64,000 nucleotides of DNA from Octopus vulgaris. Taxonomy: Eukaryota. Of the stretch, positions 53,355 to 64,000 are shown one piece after another. The translations under genes and the position numbers were made by a program. The stretch lies in NCBI GenBank assembly GCA_951406725.2, contig OX597814.1, positions 80,352,001-80,416,000 of the forward strand, written 5' to 3'. The notes under the pieces are model-generated. The model was not told the origin of the DNA. It did not search any database and saw nothing but the letters and a program-made list of their open reading frames with translations. Positions within the stretch are counted from its first letter, which is position 1. Each line of letters opens with the position of its first letter.

Positions 53355-54255
53355 AGAAGAAGACCAAGTTTTCGCTTGGTATAATTGCCAGTGTGTGCTG
53401 GGGTATTGTCATGCTGTAGAAATGTGTGTCTTCGATTGACCAACGCCGGATAGCGGGCTTTCAAAGTATCATATACTCGCTGCACTATATGATGCTTTGA
53501 AAGTTGTTAGCCTTCTGGGGCAAGCTCAAAGTGCAACACTCCTCGAAATTTCACCAAACACACAACATGATCTTCTGTCCACGCTGCCATTGTTTAACAA
53601 CAAATTCTGGAACCTGACTGGAACGAGGTAGCTGATTTCTCTTGTTAGGATCACGAAAATAGATCCGTTTTTCATCCCCAGTTACAATTCAATACTAAAA
53701 GTGGGCATCTCGAAGATTTTCCAGTGGTTGTTTGAAAATATTCCTACGTGGTTGTGCCTGGTCATTGGTCACGAGGAGCTTCTCGACAACATCTGTTCAC
53801 ATGACCGGGCTTATAGAGGTATTGATAGAAGGTGCTTTGTGAAGGACAAAGTTTTGCCGACAATGTACAAGTACGTGTACTTGGCTGTAGTTCAACTATT
53901 TCAAATGAGACTCCATCTTCCACAACAGAAGGTTTCCCTGAACTTGGTTTGTCTTCAAGGCCGGTGTCACCTGTCAACTTCCTTGAAACATCTGAACCAG
54001 TTTTGTGCCACACATTCGTTGACAGTTCCAAGACCTTCCACATCGTTAATTTATTTTCAAACTGCCCTTGTACTAAGTCTTTTTTTTTTCCACAGATAGC
54101 GTAAAATTACTCCAGTTGCAATTTTTCCTCCACTTATAAAATATATTCAGTTCATATTCAGCAACGATTGGATATAAATTAACGTTATATCATGGAGATA
54201 CAAGTTGCCAAAAATCATTAGTGAAAATGCGAAAAATCTTTTGGTTTAACCTGGT
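53355..54255 (-). mobile_element. Partial mariner transposon nested inside a SINE family B copy
   Basis: LEDKPSSGKP, IVTGDEKRI and LQHDNTPAH. A TIR-like end aaaaatcttttggtttaacctgg-TA lies at ~54234-54256. SINE halves are at 53140-53350 and 54258-54420. Confidence 0.85.
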
Positions 54256-55074
54256 ATATACGACGGGCTTTCTTCAGTTTCTGTCTATCAAACTCACTCG
54301 CAAGGTTTTGGTAAGACCGAAGCTATAATAGAAGACCTTAGGTGCCACGCAGTGGAACAGAACTCGGAAACGTGTTGGTTGGGATGCAAACTTCTTAGCA
54401 CACAGCCACGCCTACGCCTCTAAAGTCACGTACACACATGCATACATTCAAGCTATCAAAATCCATCCATTATTTGACTACAATGATGAGCGACGATCTC
54501 TTTCTCAATAAGTTTGACCTTAATCACATAATCATTAATCATTAACCAAAAGTTTCTAACAGGAAGAATTTGCAGCTTACAATTTATACTGTAAATCTGA
54601 AGCTTACGGCGTGGGAAATCGAACCTTTTCCACTTGTCCCTCTAGCTAACACCATACATGCTCATACTACCCACATACCATATGGGAGACACGATCATGG
54701 GAAACCATAATTGGCAGGGAAGTTGTTGAGGAAAATGAAGTGGAATTGTTCAGTTATTTCAATATTTAAAAGAAACGGCAATTTGCAAGTACCTCATCCA
54801 TCATACTACGATGCGTATGTACGTACGTATGTATGAATGTATGTATGTATGTATGTATGTATGTATGTATGTATGTATGTATGTATGTATGTGGATGGGT
54901 AGGTAGGTATGTATGCATATATGTATACATGCATCTATGAGTGCCTGTGTGTATATAGATATATGTCATACAAGAACAAACGCAAACATACATTCATGCA
55001 TATCTATCTATACACATACATATATGTATATATAGATAGATAGATATGTATGTATGTGTGTATATATATATACC

Positions 55075-55112
<38 letters not shown>

Positions 55113-55244
55113 TACACACATACACACATATACATACATACACACATACACACATACATATACATACATTTACACATATATATATATATATACATAAGTA
55201 TATACACTCACATATACACACACACGCAGGCACGCACACGCACG

Positions 55245-55280
<36 letters not shown>

Positions 55281-55886
55281 AACAAATGCAATATCTTTGT
55301 ATAGATGTGTGTAAATATGTAGGCATATGTTCGCTTCAGTGTGCGTATGTGCGTATATGTGTGCGCGCTTAAATGTGTGAGTAAATGTGTAATTTGATAA
55401 ATAAAGAACACAGATTAACGAGCTGAAATGACACCAGTTGACCTTTGAACTCAGAAATGTCAATGAATGTTACAGATTCGAGGAAGACCTGCCAGAAGCG
55501 AAAATGCAGATAAGAGAAGAAAAAAGAATGGGCGCAGCTGTTATTTACTGCGTTCCGCGCTATATCAATATTTGCGCAAGAATATGCTTCATTCATATCT
55601 ATGTATGAGACTCGCTCTAACAATCCACCCTTCTTCACACGCACACGCAGACACATACACATACGTATACACGCACATATGCATGTGGGAGCTTACTTAC
55701 ACACTTGTTGATGAGTACAGTCGTCTTTAATATGCGACTATGTGCTCGACGACGAAATTTAAAGCATGAGTCTCTCATTCTTGCTATCAGAGACGTGTTT
55801 GTTTACCTACCACTCTCTGTCTCGGTCTCTCTGTCTCTCTCCCTCTCTCTCTTTCTCTCTGTCTCTCTTTCTCAGTCTCTTTCTCA

Positions 55887-55922
<36 letters not shown>

Positions 55923-55926
55923 ATCA

Positions 55927-55976
<50 letters not shown>

Positions 55977-55991
55977 ATATCTATCTATCTC

Positions 55992-56100
<109 letters not shown>

Positions 56101-56226
56101 GTATTTGTCTATCAATGTATATCTGCCTATGTGTTCTTCTATCTAATTATGTCTGTCTTGCTGTCTATGTATTTATCTGTCAACAAATCTACGTGTACCT
56201 CTCTGTCTCTGTCTGTCTCTCTTTCT

Positions 56227-56291
<65 letters not shown>

Positions 56292-56314
56292 CACACACAA
56301 ATTCGGTGTGTATT

Positions 56315-57190
56315 GCGTTAAACAAACGACATAACTATACTGAACGTAAAAGCAAACGGGAGCCAAACAGAAAGTCCATAATTCTTCATCAGTTATCGAC
56401 CAATGGTACACTTCAGTTTCGCACCTTTGACGATAAGACGGAAATCTTCCCAACTGGTGGTGCCCGCAAAAAAAGTTTTCATGCGTAGAATTTGGGACAA
56501 GAGCAAACAAAACGAAATAAAACAATCAAAACGACCAGAGTGTGATTTAGGCGAGAGAATTTGCTACTGGTTGGCTCAGGGACCTGTCTAAGAAAGGAAG
56601 AAAAAGAGCGTAAATTCTCTCATCCTGTCACTTCTGTTTTAGCCTTTCCACTTACTCTTTTTCTCTCTCTCCCTCTTCTATTCCTAGCCTTTCTTACTCT
56701 TGTATTCGTAGCCTTTTTCCTCCCCCTTCATCCACTTCCTCATTCTTTTCTCTGTCACTCCTCTCCCTGCTGCTGTCTCGTGACCAGCGGCTAGTTCCTC
56801 TTTTCCTTCCTTTCTTAGACTGGTCCATTAGCTGACCAGTCACAAATTCTGTCTCTCCGTTCTCCATTGTTCAAAACATTTTGTAAGCGTTATCCACTAT
56901 TCTCGTCTTCTTGGCACCAAGGCCGTATTTTGTTCAACTGTTTGTCCTCATCCACCACCCTAAATCATACTCTGTGTCATCTTGCTTGTTTTGCTTCGTC
57001 TTGTTTGCTCTTGTTCATAATTCTACGCAATAAGCCTTTTTTGCGGGCACCGCTATTCGGGAAGCATTCAGTTAAAGGTGCGAAATTGAAGAGTACCATT
57101 GGTCGATAACTGATGAAGAATTATGGACTTTCTGTTTGCCTCCCGTTTGTTTTTATATTCAGTAGACATTATGACGTTTGTTTATACATT
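56315..57190. mobile_element. Non-coding element with ~230-bp inverted arms, each carrying a second subfamily of the rearranged hammerhead
   Basis: Arms at ~56318-56550 (-) and ~56960-57185 (+) surround a pyrimidine-rich centre, with microsatellite flanks. Confidence 0.75.
56386..56486 (-). ncRNA. Candidate rearranged hammerhead ribozyme, subfamily 2 (GUC site)
   Basis: Minus strand GCACC..TTTCCGT-C-TTATCG..GGTGC-GAA-ACTGAAG..CGATAA-CTGATGA. Confidence 0.75.
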
Positions 57191-57224
57191 TTTCATTTAT
57201 ATATATATACAACAAATCTACATC

Positions 57225-57274
<50 letters not shown>

Positions 57275-57275
57275 T

Positions 57276-57335
<60 letters not shown>

Positions 57336-57337
<2 letters not shown>

Positions 57338-58303
57338 GTATATGTAAAAAAATACAAACTGGAACAAGAACGCAAAACATTTAGAAGACGATACAAAAAA
57401 CACGGACGGGACATTCGAAGCCTTCAATCTTCAGTCAAGAACTGGATCATCCTCGCAATTTCGGCTGATTAATCTTGAGATCGCTCCGATCCGGCCAGCC
57501 CCAAGGAAAAGCTAAGCTACGAGCATTAGATTTCTTGGAAAAAGGATTGAATGTATACGAAACAGGGACAGAAAAACGGACGATGCCACACGAATATAAA
57601 TACAAAAAGCAATAATAGTAATAACAGGACAAAAACAGCGGGTGTCTTACGACGATAGACAGTACAACTTAGTTTAGCTGGCGTATTTTGGAAAAAAATG
57701 TTTTTATCGGCAGACGAAGAAAACGATGTTCTCGCGGCAGTGGTCGGAAGCCAAAAGGCTGGTTGACCAGCGGTCACGTGAGAGGAGAAGAGAGAGAAAA
57801 AGAAGGGAGCAAAGGAATCAAAGAGAGAGAGGAAAAGTGGGACAAAGGCACCAAAGAGGAGAGAAGAGAGAGAAAGAAGGAATTAAAGAGGGGAAAAGAA
57901 AGAGAGCGTGCCAAGGATTGACTTGGCGACAGAATCAGTGAGGTGCAAAGTGAGAAAGACAGAGAAATGTGAGAGAGTGGGGGAAGAGGAGACCAAAGAA
58001 TCAGAGGCAAGAAAAGAGAAAAGGAGGAGGAGAAAAGAGAGAGAGAGAGAAAAAGAGACAGATCAAAATGGAGTGCAAAGTGTGAAAGGCAGAGAAATGT
58101 AGGCGAGGGGGGGGAGAGAGAGACAGTGTTATAGAGTCGTACCAAATTTTAAGAAATATGTACTTACTTAAGAAAGGGTACGGGCGTCGCTATATATAAA
58201 TATATGTATATGTAAAAAAATACAAACTGGGACAAGAACGCAAAACATTTAGAAGACGATACAAAAAAACAATCATCAGTCAAGAGCCGGATCATCCTCG
58301 CAA
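57336..58303 (-). mobile_element. Partial-tandem copy of the rearranged-hammerhead element (period ~868 bp; ribozyme region 57428-57538)
   Basis: Full repeat at 57336-57600 and partial repeat at 58204-58303. Minus strand GGCTG..GCGAT-C-TCAAGA..CAGCC-GAA-ATTGC..TCTTGA-CTGAAGA. Confidence 0.8.
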
Positions 58304-58640
58304 ATGAATTCCCTACCTACCAAACTATGGAATGACATTGAAGACATGAAATTTACATTGTTCGTAAGACAATTGACTGATAAACTATGGATCGAAACCG
58401 AAGCCATAACTCATTACATATTACACATACAACATATATAGGGTCCTCTCTTCTCAAATATGTCCATTATCAGCTGCAAATTCGTCATCATCATCCTTAA
58501 ATTCGTTAGCGCCAATCTTGATTACAATGTCGCCAATCTCGATCCATCATCGTCAGCCTAAATATTCTCACTATAGGATGGTGCGAATTTTATTTTCTGA
58601 ATAGTCATTGACGTTAGTGATTATTTTTCACGGAGTTATA

Positions 58641-58893
58641 AAAGAAAGTAAACATTTAAAAGTTTTATATAGGATTACAAGTTTTGCATAATAAAAATTG
58701 TCGTGCCTTACTTTAATGTTAATATAAATACATTTAGTAAATCAGATGAAAACTACTTACTATAAAGAGACTTCAACTTGTCACAGAATTGTAAAAGAAT
58801 GTAAACATTAAAATGTTTTGTAAAGGATTACATGTTTTGAATAAAATCAATTGTCGCACCTTACATTACGATAAATATAAATACATTTAGTAA
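58641..58893. repeat. Degenerate tandem duplication (~100-bp unit, ~152-bp period)
   Basis: gtaaacatt..aggattaca..ttgtcg..aatataaatacatttagtaaa occurs twice. Confidence 0.7.
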
Positions 58894-58977
58894 AACTACA
58901 AACTGTACTATACAACACAACAAAGACAAAAATAAATAACTTCAACTTAAACTGTTATTCATTATTTTCATTACTTA

Positions 58978-59390
58978 AGGCGGCGTGATGGCAGAATCGT
59001 TAGCACGCCGAGCAAAAGGCTTAGAGGCATTTCATCCGTCTTTACTTTCTGAGTTCAAATTCCACCGAGGTCACCTTTGCCTTTCAGAGTCGATAAAATA
59101 AGTACCAGTCACGTACTGGGGTCGGTGTAACCGACTAGCCCCCTCTCAGCAAAATTTCATACCCTGTGCCTATAACTAAGGATAACAAAGCTGGCAAAAT
59201 CTTTAACATGTCGGGCAAAATGCTTAGCGACATTTATTCCGTCTCTACGTTTTGAGTTCAAATTCCGCCAAGGACTTTGCCTTTCATCCTTCCGGGGTCG
59301 ATAAAATAAGTACCAGTTAACTATAGGCTCGATGTAATCGACTTAGTCCTCCCTCTAAATTACTGGTCTTGTGCCAAAGTTTGAAGCTAT
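58978..59390 (+). mobile_element. Two tandem SINE family A copies
   Basis: Family A head and core motifs. Confidence 0.85.
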
Positions 59391-59649
59391 TATTTCCATT
59401 CCTTAAAAAATCCAACGCAGCCATCTTCAGCAAATATCGTCATCCATTTATCGATAAAGTAAATATTTACATAAATATTTCTATACCGATCGGAAAACAA
59501 GGACTGTTGCAATAAGTTCTCCCAGTATACCAGTGAAATCTACCCCAGTGCTTCGGATAAGTACTAGGAGCGATTTGATTGACTAAACACTTCAAGGTTG
59601 TTCCCTAGCACTACTGATGCGAGTAAGAATAAAAGAATGCACACACAAA

Positions 59650-59684
<35 letters not shown>

Positions 59685-60039
59685 TCACGCGCTCGCACGC
59701 ACGAACAGACACACGGTTACTCATTCTCTCTCTCATACATATAAACACACGCAGCCTCCCTCCCTGTATCTCTATCATTCTCTCTCTCACTCACACACAC
59801 ACACACAAACATTCACAAAAACATTCACAAAAGCTTAATCTTGAAATAGAGAAAAATTGAATTACTACATGCGATTAACTGTAGCTTTCTTTTTAAAGTG
59901 TGAATGACTCTGAAAACAGAAATATAACAAGTACAACATGAATGCTACCGAATTAACAAAATGTCGATACATGTCAGAAGAGAAAATAAAGACATAAATA
60001 CTATACGCAAAACTTAGTGAAATGGCGGAGGACATTTAA

Positions 60040-60930
60040 TACAAAGAAATCCGGGAAAACCAACTACTTCTATTGAATCAAAAGTTACCGAAGGTTGACC
60101 ATAGTTTTTGTGAGTTATATATTTCATGCATACATAGGTCTGAAAATTAGAATTTTCATATTAAACACCCGAAGTTATATTTAATTTGCAATAACAAACT
60201 GTCCCTTCCGTGACACAGATTTATACCAACGGGTTAATGTTGTGTATAGAATACAATGTAACAAATGCAACAAGTTCTATGTGGGTGGCACAACAAGACC
60301 GTTACATGTCCGCATCAAAGAATATCTGAACATGAGAGCCTCCTCTTTCAGAAAACATCTAGACAGATATTGGAACACAGACAAAGGCATAACAGTCACA
60401 ACTGAGGCCAATGAAAGAAATTTGGGTAATTTCAAGAATTAAGGAAGCTATACTCATACACAGACTAGGGCCCCCAATTACCAACAGGCTGGAGGTTGGT
60501 AATCAATATATTATTTAGATACATCTGGATGCATGTAGGTTCATTTTTGATAAGATGCTCATCTGTAGTTTATAACATAAAAAAGAAGAGAAGAGAAAAA
60601 AAGGTAAAAAAAAGAAAGCTGCATGTATAATACGTATCTTCGAAGCAGCGCTGCGGATGTACCAGCACACACGAGATTGAGACATAGCCGACCTCACACA
60701 CTTCTCATGAGGAATTCCAGAAGGAGCATCGTGAGACCACTGCTGAGACACTTGCAAGAAATAAAAAAGAAAAGCCATTAGAATACCGATTATCGCAGCG
60801 ACTCCATCTAAGAATATCTGAAGAAGGAATATAATACCGAAATATCATATCAGACTATGGATAACTAAATTACAACAGGTATATAGTCCATTATCTGTAT
60901 TATAGTGCATTGTTGTACCATTCAAAACTT
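60040..60930 (+). mobile_element. Penelope-like element 3' fragment (GIY-YIG and pLTR)
   Basis: YRIQCNKCNKFYVGGTTRPLHVRIKE GIY-YIG signature, followed by a minimal hammerhead. Confidence 0.85.
60802..60861 (+). ncRNA. Minimal type I hammerhead ribozyme (PLE type, palindromic stem III)
   Basis: atat-CTGAAGA(60818)-aggaatataatacc-GAA-ATAT-C(60846)-atat, with distal tccat/atgga pairing. Confidence 0.7.
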
Positions 60931-61335
60931 TTTATTCTTTAATTTGCAATATATTTTTATTTGGAACATAAGTCTGAAAATTCTTTCTTCTAGTTATTGA
61001 ACGATTGGATCAGTTATTAGGTAAGTATATCTCTACGTTGTGTATATTTGAATCGAATTGTACTTGGACATAATAATTTTAATTTTTAAAACAAATGTTC
61101 AAAACTTTTGGTCACTTTTTTCTTGGATTTTCTAAGATAAGGAATTATCATCAGTCATTTATAAATAGATTCAGACTGAAATGCTTATCTTAGTTATAAT
61201 TACAAACATTCGTTCGTTGTAACTGTCAGCCTTCTTCAGGTGCCTGTCGTATTCCGTAATAGTCGAGCACTGGGGTCGATGTAATCAATCGTCCCTTTCC
61301 ACAAAATTTCAAGTCACATACACATATACACATAT

Positions 61336-61502
61336 ACGAGGGGCTTGTAAAAAGTTTCTGGCTTGGGTAAAAGGAAATACAGGAGGATCAGTTAATTATG
61401 ATTTTATTCTTTCTAAGCCCTGTAAACGAACTCGGAACGTTAGGCTTCCAACCAGGCCTTTCGCGTACCCTTAAAGTTAGGAAATTTTCAGTACTCTTTC
61501 GT
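61336..61502. mobile_element. Short mariner-type MITE, degenerate
   Basis: TA-cgaggggcttgtaaaaagtttctggctt mirrors aaagttaggaaattttcagtactctttcgt. Confidence 0.45.
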
Positions 61503-63085
61503 GTGTATGTGAGTGTCTGCTCGCGCGCGCGCATGCATTCATGGCTGTATGATGTAAAAATATATCACTGAGAACATGAAATTCGAATAACTAGATATGA
61601 AGTTTCAACTGCCATAAAAAATACTCAATCTTTAGCAAAAATTTATGTTTTGAACTATACCTACACACACAAACACACTCACACACACACAAACACACAC
61701 ACACAGAGTCAACACTCACGCACACATACACACAAACATGTATTTATCTATTATATATGATCGTTTTTATCTCAGATATATTTTTCAATAATTGTGTACT
61801 TAAATATACACATATTTGTCTATATTCTATACTTTTTAACCATATACGTACGATGTATACGTTTAGCCATAATTTGTTTTTTTTTTTTTTAGATACATAT
61901 ATAATTGGAGATAGATGTTGCATTCTAGTGGCTGGTTGCTTGGCCGAGAATCTTCCACCATAACTTCATGTTGACACCGATTTCTCTACGTAGGAATTTT
62001 AATAGACTAAAGTTTTGCCGAAAGTCGCGGAATAACCGTCTGAAGATCTGCAACGAAAAATTCGGAATAACGTATGAAGCTTCAATCTCTTAGAAATGAT
62101 AAAAAATAATGCTTTGATATATATATATATATATATATATATTGATATACCTATATATATTTACATACATAGAGACATATACACACACATCTATGTCTAT
62201 ATATGTCTCTGTGTGTGTCTATGTCTCTATGTATGTAAATATATATAGGTATATCAATATATATGTGTGCATATATATACATATATACATTTATATGAAG
62301 TCCTTTGTACATATGTGTCCACACGTGCTTGTATGTGTGTGTACATATGTGTATGCGTGCATGCATGTACACACGCACGTGCGTCTGTATTTTTATATTT
62401 GTGTGCGTTCCTTGATTGCCCTTCTTCAGTTCTACTCAAGGCGAAACACATTCTAGTTTGCTCGAGGCTAGAAGTGAAATTCGTCGTCTTGAAACCATCC
62501 ACATTAGCCATAGAAATAGAAAGAAATATATATAACATACATTAGATAGCATAGTCCTCACTCGATAAACTACGCCTGGAAATTAAGAAAAAAAAAGAAA
62601 GAAAGAAAAAGAGGTCATATTCACAGCTGGAACACCTTCTATTATAGAATTCGTTGTATCGAGGTTGACCTGGGGCTAAAATAATAGAAAAATATATATA
62701 CAAAAAAGAACGTTAACAATAATAAAAATAGTAGCAATAGAAAATTATATTCTCTCTGGAGATAACAAATGGGTATTTTGGGATTTTTTTAATGTTTATT
62801 TGCGTATTTATTTCCTTACCTTTCCCCCTAAATCTGATGAATCAATGCTGAAACTGTGGTAAATGGTGAGAAACAAAATTTCGATAGAAAAACATCAACT
62901 CTGACATTTAAAGGTCTTGTTTTTATTTATTTATTTATTTAAGTATTTGTTTGTTTATTATATTACATTTTATTTTATATTTAAATATACAATAAAGAAA
63001 GAAAACTAAAAAAAATAATAAAACAGGCAGGACAAATGAAATATGTATGGGTGTGAAGGTAGAGAACACTACCCCACACGTATGA

Positions 63086-63148
<63 letters not shown>

Positions 63149-63327
63149 AACACAGACATACATGTGTACGACGCACATTCACGCAGAGAGATACACACAC
63201 GAACATACAGACATATACATACGTACATACATATGCATGCACGCACATACACACATACACACATTCAAAGATGAATATACCGTTGTAATATGCTTTAGTA
63301 TATATTTGTGTTCGAGTCTATTGGGTT

Positions 63328-63423
<96 letters not shown>

Positions 63424-63481
63424 CGTCGTACTACAAACTAGCCAAGTAAATAAATCATTCAAGAAGAGCGATAAATAAACC

Positions 63482-63594
63482 GAAGAAGAAGAAGAAGAAG
63501 AAGAAGAAGAAGAAGAAGAAGAAGAAGAAGAAGAAGAAGAAGAAGAAGAAGAAGAAGAAGAAGAAGAAGAAGAAGAAGAAGAAGAAGAAGAAGA
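63482..63594. repeat. Pure (GAA)n microsatellite, representative of dozens of (TA)n, (CA)n, (TAGA)n, (TATG)n and (AAT)n tracts
   Basis: Read directly from the sequence. Confidence 0.97.
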
Positions 63595-63699
63595 TAACAA
63601 AATAATGATTGCGATTGGAAAACAATTGTATGAGAGCGAGAATTTTACTGTGTGTAAATACTCAGGGTACGCAGTAGGGATCTATAATGCAAATAGCAA

Positions 63700-64000
63700 T
63701 AAGACTGTGTGGTAACAAGTCTACCTCCCAGCCACATGGTTATGGGTTCGCCCCATTCCGTGGCACCTTGGACATCCGGACAGACCAAAGCCTTGCGAGT
63801 GGATTTGGTAGATAGAAACTAAAAGGCGTCGAGCTGGCAGAAACGTTAGAACGCCGGGCGAAATGCTTAGCCGTATTTCGTCTGCCGTTACGTTCTGAGT
63901 TCAAATTCCGCCGACGTCGACTTTGCCTTTCATCCTTTCGGGGTCGATAAAATAAGTACTAGTTACGCACTGGGGCCGATATAATCGACTTAATCCATTT
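63700..64000 (+). mobile_element. SINE family B 5' part followed by a well-preserved SINE family A (from ~63823, runs off the window)
   Basis: Head motifs of both families. Confidence 0.85.

Noticed and set aside
57445-57470. TCCTCG resembling an HDV-like ribozyme L3 loop on the plus strand
   Set aside because: It is not conserved in the homologous copies at 4.7, 29.0 and 49.6 kb, and no nested double pseudoknot could be built.
62828-62870. CTGATGA..GAAAC..GTA hammerhead-like words
   Set aside because: Stems I and II do not pair convincingly and there is no associated element.

Overview
AT-rich, microsatellite-saturated animal DNA, most likely an octopus or other coleoid cephalopod (inferred from the SINE families and repeat landscape). 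No intact protein-coding gene is visible, and most ORF-track entries are translations of (TA)n, (CA)n and (TAGA)n. The window holds a decayed Ty3/Gypsy element, one full-length and several partial mariner/Tc1 elements, a non-autonomous Helitron, LINE fragments, three coding Penelope-like (PLE) remnants, dozens of tRNA-derived SINEs, and scattered exon-like segments on the minus strand, one of them triplicated. The main finding is a family of short non-coding elements inserted in microsatellites (4.6-5.6, 29.0, 49.5, 56.3-57.2 and 57.3-58.3 kb). Their terminal repeat carries all hammerhead-ribozyme core motifs (NUH, GAA, CUGANGA) with covarying stems I, II and III, but in a strand order that is not a circular permutation of types I/II/III. 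This suggests a pseudoknotted, rearranged hammerhead in a retrozyme-like or non-autonomous PLE. Canonical PLE-type hammerheads also occur (37.1-37.3 kb and 60.8 kb). All RNA structures were read by eye and need covariance modelling and cleavage assays.
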